From positions 1-13,676 of the forward strand of contig JBGAIQ010000088.1 in NCBI GenBank assembly GCA_044225365.1: a stretch of 13,676 bases of DNA. The letters are read 5' to 3'. The DNA is from Planctomycetota bacterium (GTDB lineage Bacteria; Planctomycetota; B15-G4; JADJEK01). A program made the translations under genes and the position numbers. The notes below the pieces were generated by a model. That model ran no database searches and was not told the origin of the DNA. It saw nothing but the letters and a program-made list of their open reading frames with translations. Within the stretch, counting starts at the first letter, position 1. The number at the start of each line of letters is the position of its first letter. Shown here piece by piece: positions 1 through 8,169 of this stretch.

Positions 1-3000
1 ATCGATCGCGTCACGCTCGCCCATCTGCGATTGCACGCTCGCGATCATTCCGTCGAGCCCGCGCTCGATCGCTCTCTCGATGTCGACCTGCGAGTCGCAG
101 ACGTCGGTCTGGCGGACAAGCCGTTCAAGATCGAGTTGCGCGCCACGGCGCCACGGCTCCTCGAGTCACTGCGCATCGTCGTCGATGGTGCGCTCTCGGG
201 TCCGACCGCGAAGATCGGCGTCGGCGTCGACATCTCGGGAGTGGGGCTCGAATCGATCGCGCCGTACCTCGCGGGCAGCGGAATCGAGCCACTCGCATCG
301 CAACTGGATCTCGGAATGCGCATCGACGCCGCGCTCGACGCGACGAACCGTCCGCCGAAGGAACTCGCAGCCACGGTGTCGCTGAGCGGTCTGTCGTTGC
401 GCGCGGATCTCCAGGAATCCCTCGGCCTCGACAAGTTCGAAGTCAAGGTCGATCGACTGTCCGACGCGGCGATCGACGTGGGCAACGTCGTGCTCGCCGG
501 ACTGCGCGCGGCGGCCGAGCGCGAAGCCGACGGCAAGCTGCGCGTCGCGGGTCTGCGGATCGATCCCAACGCCAAACAGCCTGCGCCGGCTGCGAGCCCT
601 GCACCGAAGGCGAGCCCGAAAGTCGTGGCCGATACGACGAACCAACCGCCACCCGTCGTGCGCGTGGGTGCCGTCCGGTTCGACGATTTGAAGTTCTCCT
701 TCAAGGACGCGATGCAGTCGCCGCCGATCGCGATCACTCCCACGCTCGTCTTCCTCGCGACTCACGACCTCGTCCTCGACGCGAAGCCCGCGGAGCATCC
801 ACTCGCGGTCTCGCTCGCCCTCGCGCTTCCCGGCTACCTCGATCACATCGAGCTCGACGCCAAGAGCGCCGTGAATCCGGGAGACAGTCGCAGCTTCGCG
901 CTCGATCTCGCGGCGACGGGCATCCACGCCGTGGAATTGAAGCCATGGCTCGACAAGACCGGTATCGAACCGACGATCGTGAACGGTGAGCTCGCGCTCC
1001 ACACTTCGGGCAATCTGTCGCCGGCACTCGGAGCGCCGAAGCGCATCGATGCGAAATTGACGGGCGTCACGCTGAAGGACGGTGCGGAACTGTTCGGGCT
1101 CGATGGCGTCGTGGTCGACGGCGTGTCTCTCGCGCCCGACAAGATCGAGATCGCGGGCGTATCGCTCGAGAACCCGCGGGCCGCCGTGAAGATCGGCAAG
1201 GATGGCACGCTCATCGCTCCAGGCATCAAGATCGCGCCGAAGCCTCCCGCGATCGAGGGTTCCGCTCCGAGCGTGGCGAAATCGGAGACTGCGCCGCCGA
1301 AGCCGGCTGCGGGTGCGTCGGGTGAAGCGGCCGCGCCGGAGATCGTGCTGCAGAAGCTGTCCTGGAAGAACTCGCGGCTGAGCTTCGAAGACGGATCCGT
1401 CGAGCCGGCACATACCTTCACCTTGAAGGACGTCGATCTCGCGGTGGGCCGCGTCCATGCGAGTGAGAAGGGCCTTCTCGAGCCGTTGAAGCTCCATCTC
1501 GGAGCGTCGGTCGATGGCCTGCTGAACTCGTTGATTCTCGATCTCGAAGCCACGGCGACGACCGCGGGCAGCGACCTCGACGCCGCGGCGACCGTCGGCA
1601 TCAACCTGTCCGGTGTCGACGTCGCGGGGCTCGAGCCCTATCTGCGGGGAACGGGGATCGCGCCGCAATTCCCCGCGGCCGACCTGTCGCTGAAGCTCAT
1701 CGCGCTCGCGAACAAGACGGGCGATACGACGCGAGCCGGCGTGAACCTCTCGGAGGTGAGACTCGGCAACGGCACGAATTCGCTGTTCGCACTCGATCAG
1801 CTCGCGGTGCGCGAGGCCGATCTCGGCAAGGACTCCATCACGGTCGATGCCGTCGAAGTGCACGGCTTACGCCTTGCGGCGCAGAGGCTCGCCGATGGCG
1901 GCCTCGTCGCGTGCGGCGTTGCGCTGGTGCCGTCTCCGGCATCGAGCGTGGCTCCATCGAGACCCGGGCAGGCGAAGGCCGAGACTCCGGCCGCTAAGGC
2001 GGACGCCAAGAGCGCCCCGCCCGCGATCCGTCTCCACCATCTCGTCGTCGACGAAGTCCACCTGGGCTGGAAGGACGATGCCGTCGCGCCAGCCGTCGCG
2101 ACAGAGCTGACGGCGCGACTCGGCCTCGAAGACCTCGCCCTCATCGAAACCCCGACGGACGCGCGGTTCTCGGTCGAGATCGGTCTCGACGGTGCACTCG
2201 AGCGGCTCGGCCTCGACGGCACCGTCACGCCGAATCCGAACGATCTTCGCCTCGCGGCGAACCTCGCGATCAATGGACTGCGCCCTGATTCGGTCGCGGG
2301 GTACCTGACGAGCGCGCCGAAGATCACTCTGCGCGACGGTCGCCTGAAGGCCGCGATCGAAGCGCGTCTCGCGAAGGCCACTGAGGGTGGGCAGGACGCC
2401 GCGCTCGCGGTCCGCTCGTTCGAGTATCGCGACGGAGAGCAGTTGCCGTTCGTCGCGTTCGATGCATTCGAAGTCGCGGCGCCTCGGATCGACGCGGAGC
2501 AGTCGAACTTCCACGTCTCCAAGCTGACCCTCGCCGGACTATCGGTGAGTGCCGAGAAGGAGAAGACGGGCGAACTGCGGCTGCTCGGAATCGAGCTTCC
2601 GAACGGAGAGGGCAAGGAGATCGCGAAGACCGCCGCCAAAGCGCCGCTCACGCCCGACGCACCGCCCGCCGAAACGGTCAAAGAACCTGTTCCGGCGAGT
2701 TCTGCCGCGCCGATCCAGAAGGCGCTCTCGATCTTCGCGCAAGTCGACTCGCTCGACCTCGATCTCGCACACGCATCGTTCCGCGATCTGTCGAAGACCG
2801 ACCCGCCGTTCGAGGCCGCGATGCGTCTCACGAGCGTGCGACCCATCGTCATCGACACCAACGAGCGCACGACCGCCGCGCCGCCGATCGAATTGGTCTT
2901 CACCGGGCACGCCGACCCGATCGGCAGCGACGTCGCGATGAAGATCCATGCCGAACCGCTAGCGGCGGAGCCGTCCTTCGGCGCGGACTTCCGAGTCTCC

Positions 3001-3690
3001 AAGATCGATGCCGAGAAGATCGCGGCGCTCGTCCCCGGCGTGTTCGACACGTCAGAACCACCGCGTATTCGGGACGGCGTGTTCTCCGGCGCCTTCGACG
3101 GGCGGCTCGTGTTCCGCCGTCGTGGTGCGCTCGACTTCGACGTGTCGCGCGGATTCGGCGCCGTCTTCCAGATGAAGGACATCGCGTTCCGCGACAAACC
3201 GGAGGGCGAAGTGCTGGCGGGCCTCGACGGTCTCCGAGTCAGCGTGAAGCGAATGGCGCCGCTGACCGGAGAGGTCCACGTCGAGCAGATCGAGGTCAAT
3301 ACTCCGCGCCTCAGCGTGCTGAAGCGCGCGGCCTATACCGAAGTCGCCGGAATGCGATTCCCCAATCCGCCGCCGCCGGCCGATCCCTCCGCCCATCCTC
3401 CCGCCGAGACGGCGAGTCGGAAGCCGGTCGAGGAGGCACCGAAGAGTCCCGAAGTCGCGGCGGCGAAGACTCCGAAGCCCGAGATGCGCATCGACGAGAT
3501 CGTCGTGCATGGCATCGCGGTCAACGTGCGGGACGAAACTTCGACACCGCCGCTCGTCCTCCCGCTCGAGAAGCTCGAGGTCGACGTTCGCAATCTGACG
3601 ACTCGTGCGCTCGAACAACCGGTTCCGGTGCGTTTCGACGTCCAACTCGGCGCGGGCAAAGTCGATCTCGAGAAACGCAAGCCGCCCGAA
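1..3690 (+). repeat. Protein-level tandem modules of about 230-250 aa separated by Pro/Ala/Lys-rich linkers
   Basis: Modules start at <1, ~649, ~1339, ~2023, ~2734 and ~3481. Each opens with a hydrophobic strand plus an (F/W/V/A)xD motif (ARDHSVEP, FKDAMQSP, FEDGSVEP, WKDDAVAP, FRDLSKTD, VRDETSTP). The first five end with DG/TG-x-L-xx-G-like motifs (DGKLRVAG, DGTLIAPG, DGGLVACG, TGELRLLG, YTEVAG) followed by a low-complexity linker. Boundaries are approximate. Confidence 0.7.
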
Positions 3691-5157
3691 TCGCTCGTCG
3701 CCGGAATCGGCGACCTGACGGGCGACGCCACCAAGCTCGGAGAGAACGCTCTGAAGGGCGGACTCGAGGCCGGCGGCGCGGCGGTCGACGTCGGTAAGAA
3801 GGGCGTCGAGGAGATCGGCAACCTGGTGTCGGGTGGTCTCGGCAGCCTCGGCATCGGCAAGAAGAAGGAGCCCGAGAAGGCCGCGGAAACCGCCGCCGAA
3901 CCGAAGGTCGAGAAGCCCGTGGCACCCGTGGCGCCCGTGGCAAAGGACGAGCCGCTCCCGACGGAGCCGCGACCTCTGTTCGAGGAGATCGACGTCAAGG
4001 GCCAGCTCGCGCTCGTTCCGAGCCCGAAGGGCAACGTCGATGTGCGCATCTCGGGATTCGAACTGCTCGGATTGAAGGGGCCGGCGAGCCAGGCCGGCGT
4101 CACGATCTCCGACGGTCTCCTCGACCTCCTCGTTCAGACGAAGCTCCTCGGTTCCGATGGCCTGCAGATCAACACGGTGACGAGCCTCGATTCGCTGTCG
4201 ATGACCGAGCCGAAGGACGGCCCGATCTCGCGGTATCTGCAGTTGCCCGCGCCCCTCGACGTCGTCATCTTCGCGCTCCGCGACGAGGAGGGCGTCCTGC
4301 GCATCCCGTTGCGCGTGGCGCTCAAGCCCGACGACATCTCGATCACGAGCCTGCTCGGTGCGGTGACACGGACGCTCGGTGAAGTCATCGCGCGCGCGAT
4401 CGCGCATTCCGCGTTGCGCGCAGTGGGCACGGTCGGCGATATCAGTGGCGCAGCGATCGGCGCCGTCGGGCTCGACAAAGTGGGCCTCGACAAGCCGCTG
4501 TCGGCGATCGGGATCGGCGGAGGCAAGGAGAGCGAGCCGACAGGACCCGTGACGATCGAATTCGACGCCGCCGCAGCGCAGCTCCGCAAGACGGCGCACG
4601 AGCAGATCGCGACCCTCGTGAAGGCACTCTCGGCCGACCCCGAGAGCAAGGTGGTGCTCCGTCATACGCTCGCGAGCTCGGACATCGAGCTCGCCGCGAC
4701 GCGGGTGAATCCCGACCGCGGGACGATCGACGACCTCATCGCTCGCCTGCGTCACGATCGGGTGCAGCTGCAGAATCGCTGCCTCGAGAAGCGCGCAATC
4801 CTCCAGACCGAACTGCTGAACGGTGACGCGGCGCGATGGCGCGAGGACTCCGAGATCCTGCAGGCCACACAGGAGGAACTCGGCAAGGTCGAGGAGAACC
4901 TCGACAGCCTCTACGACCTCACCGCGCCCGATGCGGAGCGGCGAAAGAGCACGAGGGCGCGCGTCGAATCGCTCCTCATCGCGATGGATCGACTCCGTGA
5001 AGTGAAGAGCGCGATCGTCTCCGCGCTCGGCCCGGAGGCCGGGGCGCGGGTCGAGACCCAGGCGCCCCGCTTCCAGATCGAGCCTTCGACGACGGAGAAG
5101 AAGGCACCCGGCGGCGCGGTGATCGCCGAAATCCGTCACATCCGCGCGAACGAGTGA
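1..5157 (+). CDS. Giant DUF748/AsmA-like envelope protein, 5'-truncated, with at least 6 repeated beta-rich modules and a C-terminal OmpA-like region
   Basis: Frame 1 is open from base 1 (IDRVTLAHLRLHARD...), so the TTG at 31 is probably not the true start; TGA at 5155-5157. The sequence shows recurring amphipathic beta-strand patterns (FxD-x-SVEP; LxPYL; DGxLxxxG) and a DUF748-like C-terminal block (ALRDEEGVLRIPLRV...; IEFDAAAAQL...LVKALSADPESKVVL). Codon usage is strongly GC3-biased in this frame. Confidence 0.8.
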   Translation: MDRVTLAHLRLHARDHSVEPALDRSLDVDLRVADVGLADKPFKIELRATAPRLLESLRIVVDGALSGPTAKIGVGVDISGVGLESIAPYLAGSGIEPLASQLDLGMRIDAALDATNRPPKELAATVSLSGLSLRADLQESLGLDKFEVKVDRLSDAAIDVGNVVLAGLRAAAEREADGKLRVAGLRIDPNAKQPAPAASPAPKASPKVVADTTNQPPPVVRVGAVRFDDLKFSFKDAMQSPPIAITPTLVFLATHDLVLDAKPAEHPLAVSLALALPGYLDHIELDAKSAVNPGDSRSFALDLAATGIHAVELKPWLDKTGIEPTIVNGELALHTSGNLSPALGAPKRIDAKLTGVTLKDGAELFGLDGVVVDGVSLAPDKIEIAGVSLENPRAAVKIGKDGTLIAPGIKIAPKPPAIEGSAPSVAKSETAPPKPAAGASGEAAAPEIVLQKLSWKNSRLSFEDGSVEPAHTFTLKDVDLAVGRVHASEKGLLEPLKLHLGASVDGLLNSLILDLEATATTAGSDLDAAATVGINLSGVDVAGLEPYLRGTGIAPQFPAADLSLKLIALANKTGDTTRAGVNLSEVRLGNGTNSLFALDQLAVREADLGKDSITVDAVEVHGLRLAAQRLADGGLVACGVALVPSPASSVAPSRPGQAKAETPAAKADAKSAPPAIRLHHLVVDEVHLGWKDDAVAPAVATELTARLGLEDLALIETPTDARFSVEIGLDGALERLGLDGTVTPNPNDLRLAANLAINGLRPDSVAGYLTSAPKITLRDGRLKAAIEARLAKATEGGQDAALAVRSFEYRDGEQLPFVAFDAFEVAAPRIDAEQSNFHVSKLTLAGLSVSAEKEKTGELRLLGIELPNGEGKEIAKTAAKAPLTPDAPPAETVKEPVPASSAAPIQKALSIFAQVDSLDLDLAHASFRDLSKTDPPFEAAMRLTSVRPIVIDTNERTTAAPPIELVFTGHADPIGSDVAMKIHAEPLAAEPSFGADFRVSKIDAEKIAALVPGVFDTSEPPRIRDGVFSGAFDGRLVFRRRGALDFDVSRGFGAVFQMKDIAFRDKPEGEVLAGLDGLRVSVKRMAPLTGEVHVEQIEVNTPRLSVLKRAAYTEVAGMRFPNPPPPADPSAHPPAETASRKPVEEAPKSPEVAAAKTPKPEMRIDEIVVHGIAVNVRDETSTPPLVLPLEKLEVDVRNLTTRALEQPVPVRFDVQLGAGKVDLEKRKPPESLVAGIGDLTGDATKLGENALKGGLEAGGAAVDVGKKGVEEIGNLVSGGLGSLGIGKKKEPEKAAETAAEPKVEKPVAPVAPVAKDEPLPTEPRPLFEEIDVKGQLALVPSPKGNVDVRISGFELLGLKGPASQAGVTISDGLLDLLVQTKLLGSDGLQINTVTSLDSLSMTEPKDGPISRYLQLPAPLDVVIFALRDEEGVLRIPLRVALKPDDISITSLLGAVTRTLGEVIARAIAHSALRAVGTVGDISGAAIGAVGLDKVGLDKPLSAIGIGGGKESEPTGPVTIEFDAAAAQLRKTAHEQIATLVKALSADPESKVVLRHTLASSDIELAATRVNPDRGTIDDLIARLRHDRVQLQNRCLEKRAILQTELLNGDAARWREDSEILQATQEELGKVEENLDSLYDLTAPDAERRKSTRARVESLLIAMDRLREVKSAIVSALGPEAGARVETQAPRFQIEPSTTEKKAPGGAVIAEIRHIRANE
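3916..3942 (+). repeat. 3 x 9-bp in-frame tandem repeat (CCCGTGGCR) encoding PVAPVAPVA
   Basis: Read directly as cccgtggca-cccgtggcg-cccgtggca, inside a linker region. Confidence 0.9.
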
Positions 5158-5222
5158 AGGAACGGGCGAGCAGAACACGATGAGTCCATCGTTTCCGGCA
5201 TCGTCGAGGTAGAACCGCAGAG

Positions 5223-5756
5223 ATGAAGACCCTTGCAATGCGAGTGACGGCCGCGGCGAAGCTCGCGCTCCCGGTCGCGATCGGTGCGTCGCTGCTGTCG
5301 GCGATCGCCTACGAGATCGGTTATCCGATGTTGAGCCCGCCGATCGGCGCGTCCATCTACGTCTGTCTTCGGCATCCCGATGCCGTACCGGCGCAGCCGC
5401 GGCGGATGATCGCGTCCCACGTGCTCGCGGTGCTCAGCGGGCGCATCGCCCGCGAGATCGTCTCGGCGCAGGCGATGCCCCTCGCCGAGGCAACGAAGAA
5501 CTCGACCGTGTTGCTCGCCGGCGTGATCGCGCTCGCGCTCACGACGTTCCTCGTCGAACTGACCGACAATCCACACCCGCCCGCGGCGGCAACGACGATC
5601 GTCGTCGCCCTCGGAGTTCTACCGACGACTGCGGGTCAGATCGCGCTTCTCGGCGCGGCGGTCGTACTCGGCGCGTACTCGATCCTGTTGAAGAAGCTCC
5701 GTCAGGCGCAGGCCGAGTCGCGCTCGGCGAGTGGAGTCGATCATGGGCCCCGATGA
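5223..5756 (+). CDS. HPP family integral membrane protein
   Basis: Signature NPHPPAAAT (HPP at 5574-5582), upstream PPIGAS...HPDAVPAQPRRMIASH resembling the family pattern APxGAS...PxSPLAQPxxxxxGH, and several hydrophobic segments. The start is uncertain (ATG 5223 or 5238); the frame is closed upstream by TGA at 5181. Confidence 0.88.
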   Translation: MKTLAMRVTAAAKLALPVAIGASLLSAIAYEIGYPMLSPPIGASIYVCLRHPDAVPAQPRRMIASHVLAVLSGRIAREIVSAQAMPLAEATKNSTVLLAGVIALALTTFLVELTDNPHPPAAATTIVVALGVLPTTAGQIALLGAAVVLGAYSILLKKLRQAQAESRSASGVDHGPR

Positions 5757-6534
5757 CCTCCCGCCACCGCGCAGCAACGCTCCGGTCGATCCGAATTGGG
5801 GCAAGTACGAGGGTCATCCCGAAGAGAGGGGATTCCTCGAAGGTCCGCGAGAGCGCTTCGTCGAGTTCCGTCGCGCGATTCGGATCTTCTTCGAGTTCAT
5901 CAAGGGATTTCGCGCCTTTCACTTCCTGCCGCCCTGCGTGACCGTCTTCGGGTCAGCGCGATTCCCGGAAACGAACGAGTACTACCAGCTCGCGCGGACG
6001 GTCGGATCGAAGCTCGCGGAGGTCGGGTTCACGGTGATGACGGGGGGTGGCCCCGGGATCATGGAGGCAGCGAATCGCGGGGCGAAGGAAGCGGGCGGGC
6101 TCTCGGTCGGGTGCAACATCGAGTTGCCCATGGAGCAGAAGCCGAATCCCTACGTGCACAAGTTCGTCGACTTCCGGTACTTCTTCGTCCGGAAGGTGAT
6201 GCTCGTGAAGTACAGCTACGCATTCGTCGCGATGCCCGGCGGATTCGGCACGCTCGACGAGATCTTCGAGACTGCAACGCTCATCCAGACGGGGAAGATC
6301 AAGGACTTCCCCCTCGTGCTCATGGGCGTCGACTATTGGCGCCCGATGATCGACTTCTTGAAGAGCTCGCTGCTCGCGAAGGGCGCGATCGATTCGAAGG
6401 ACATCGAACGCATCACGCTCACGGACGATCCGGACGAGGCGACACGCGTGATCCGTGATCACACGATGCGGCGATTTGGGCTGCGACTGCGTCCGATCGC
6501 GATCCTCGGTGAAAAGGCACTCAAAGCGAGCTGA
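5743..6534 (+). CDS. LOG family (TIGR00730-type) nucleotide 5'-monophosphate phosphoribohydrolase
   Basis: Motifs VTVFGSAR, TGGGPGIMEAANRGA, YFFVRKVML and PGGFGTLDE (6235-6261). ATG 5743 is preferred over GTG 5731 because GGAG lies at 5733-5736. The gene overlaps the end of the HPP gene by 14 nt. Confidence 0.93.
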   Translation: MGPDDLPPPRSNAPVDPNWGKYEGHPEERGFLEGPRERFVEFRRAIRIFFEFIKGFRAFHFLPPCVTVFGSARFPETNEYYQLARTVGSKLAEVGFTVMTGGGPGIMEAANRGAKEAGGLSVGCNIELPMEQKPNPYVHKFVDFRYFFVRKVMLVKYSYAFVAMPGGFGTLDEIFETATLIQTGKIKDFPLVLMGVDYWRPMIDFLKSSLLAKGAIDSKDIERITLTDDPDEATRVIRDHTMRRFGLRLRPIAILGEKALKAS

Positions 6535-6600
6535 GCCCGTGGGGGGCAAGGGGCCCAATCGTTGCGGCGCAAGAACTCGCGGCGCCTTCGCAACGGAACC

Positions 6601-6608
6601 GCTATCGT
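6601..6608 (+). promoter_or_regulatory. Candidate sigma70-type -10 element (gcTATCGT) upstream of the aminopeptidase
   Basis: TAnnnT hexamer at 6603-6608, about 40 nt before ATG 6648, in the same ccgcTATnnT context as the element upstream of ftcD. No convincing -35 element. Confidence 0.35.
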
Positions 6609-6647
6609 GTGCCGCTTCGCTGCGAGGAACTCCCAACCGGACGACCC

Positions 6648-8108
6648 ATGATTCGACTTCGCTTCGTGAAGGACGCGGCTCCGCTCGGTGCCGTGCGCGA
6701 CTCCCTCGTGATCCTCGCGCCGAAGCGGCGCTTCGCGCGGGGGAACCTCCCGAAGATCCTCGGCGCGGATGCTGTCGAATGGGCGCAACTCCTCGCCGCC
6801 GACACTTCGCCGGGAGACCTCGGAGCCACGTGCTACAGCCTCACGCGCGGCAAACCCGGCCGCGTCGTGGTGGGGGTGCTTCCGGACGAGGTCTCGCGCC
6901 ACAACAGTCCGTCGCGCGCCGACATGATCCGACGCGCGATCGCCGCCTCCGGTCTCGGTCAGAAAGGGACGCACGGCGTCGCGATCCTCCTCGACGACCC
7001 CTCGCACGCGCTCGCGGCCGCGAACGCGGTGTTCCGCGCGCTTCCTCTCTTCTCGATGAAGTCGAAGCCCGAACGCGACAGCACGGCCCTCCTCGGTTTG
7101 TTCGACGCGTCGAACCGACTCGTGTCGCTGGACGCCGGCGGCGTCGCGGTCTGTGAAGGCACGCGCGAGATGGCGAGCCTCGTCGACACGCCTCCGACGG
7201 ATCTCGACCCCGCCGTGCTCGGAAGTCGGGCGAAAGCGTTCCTGAAGGGCGCGCCGCGAGTGAAGGTCAGCGAGATCGTCGGCGACGCGCTGCTCCGCGC
7301 GAAGCTGAACGGAATCCACGGCGTGGGGCGCGCCGCCGTCACGCCGCCGCGCATGCTCGTCGCGACGTACCATCCGCGCAAGGCATCGAAGCGGCACATC
7401 GCTCTCGTCGGGAAGGGCATCACGTACGACACGGGCGGTCTCAGCCTGAAATCCGCGGCGAACATGATGGGCATGAAGGCGGATATGGGCGGATCGGCGG
7501 CGGTGCTCGGCGCGTTCCGCGCCCTTGCGATCGCGGATTGTCCCGTTCGCCTGTCTCTCGTTCTCTGCATGGCGGAGAATGCGATCGGGCCCAAGGCCTA
7601 CAAGGTCGACGACGTCCTCACGATGCATTCGGGTCGCACGGTCGAGATCAACAACACGGACGCAGAGGGACGCCTGCTGCTCGCCGACGGCGTGTCGTAC
7701 GCGGCCCGCGTGCTCGGAGTCGACACGATCCTCGAAGCCGCGACGCTGACGGGCGCGCAGCTCGTCGCCACGGGAATGCTCCATGCCGGTGTGGTGAGCA
7801 ACGACGCGGCGATCGAGACGCTGCTCGTGAGTGCGGGACGCGAGAGCGGCGATCTGTGTCACCCGCTCCCCTTCGCTCCCGAGATCTTCAAGCAAGAGTT
7901 CAAGAGCGCCATCGCGGACATGCGCAACTCGGTGAAGGATCGCAACAACGCGCCGTCCTCGGCCGCCGCGCAATTCGTCCTCAATCACATCGAGGACGTC
8001 GAACGCATCCGCTTCGGCCACGTGGACCTCGCGGGCCCCGCATTCCCCGGCGACCGCGCGACGGGATTTGGAGTCGCTTTGCTCTACAAAGCGGTTCTGA
8101 ATTCGTAA
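6648..8108 (+). CDS. M17 leucyl aminopeptidase family protein, NPEPL1-like
   Basis: Intact M17 metal-binding and catalytic motifs GKGITYDTGGLSLK, MKADMGG, NTDAEGRL (from 7653), ATLTGA and HVDLAGP. NPEPL1-type segments SRHNSP, ADMRNSVKDRNNA and RATGFGVALL. ATG 6648 is preferred over GTG 6609, whose extension overlaps the putative promoter. Confidence 0.93.
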   Translation: MIRLRFVKDAAPLGAVRDSLVILAPKRRFARGNLPKILGADAVEWAQLLAADTSPGDLGATCYSLTRGKPGRVVVGVLPDEVSRHNSPSRADMIRRAIAASGLGQKGTHGVAILLDDPSHALAAANAVFRALPLFSMKSKPERDSTALLGLFDASNRLVSLDAGGVAVCEGTREMASLVDTPPTDLDPAVLGSRAKAFLKGAPRVKVSEIVGDALLRAKLNGIHGVGRAAVTPPRMLVATYHPRKASKRHIALVGKGITYDTGGLSLKSAANMMGMKADMGGSAAVLGAFRALAIADCPVRLSLVLCMAENAIGPKAYKVDDVLTMHSGRTVEINNTDAEGRLLLADGVSYAARVLGVDTILEAATLTGAQLVATGMLHAGVVSNDAAIETLLVSAGRESGDLCHPLPFAPEIFKQEFKSAIADMRNSVKDRNNAPSSAAAQFVLNHIEDVERIRFGHVDLAGPAFPGDRATGFGVALLYKAVLNS

Positions 8109-8169
8109 CGGGACTTCCTTGCTGGACGTGACCCGTGTCCGGGCGCGGGACGCGAACTTCGTGGCGGTC

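Noticed and set aside
5177-5212. Hairpin ACGATG-AGTC-CATCGT and a 10-codon mini-ORF (5180-5212, MSPSFPASSR) upstream of the HPP gene
   Set aside because: The stem is weak with a very short T run, there is no SD for the mini-ORF, and it has no regulatory codon bias. This is insufficient for a terminator or leader peptide call.
166-5238. Long - strand ORFs (166-1863, 1797-3299, 3052-5238)
   Set aside because: These are antisense shadows of the giant gene, with Arg-rich or Ser/Ala-rich composition and no family motifs.
6459-8021. 520-aa - strand ORF
   Set aside because: It is antisense to the unambiguous M17 peptidase.
8109-8169. Possible bidirectional terminator between the convergent peptidase and ECF genes
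   Set aside because: Only short GC pairings are present, with no U-tract on either strand.
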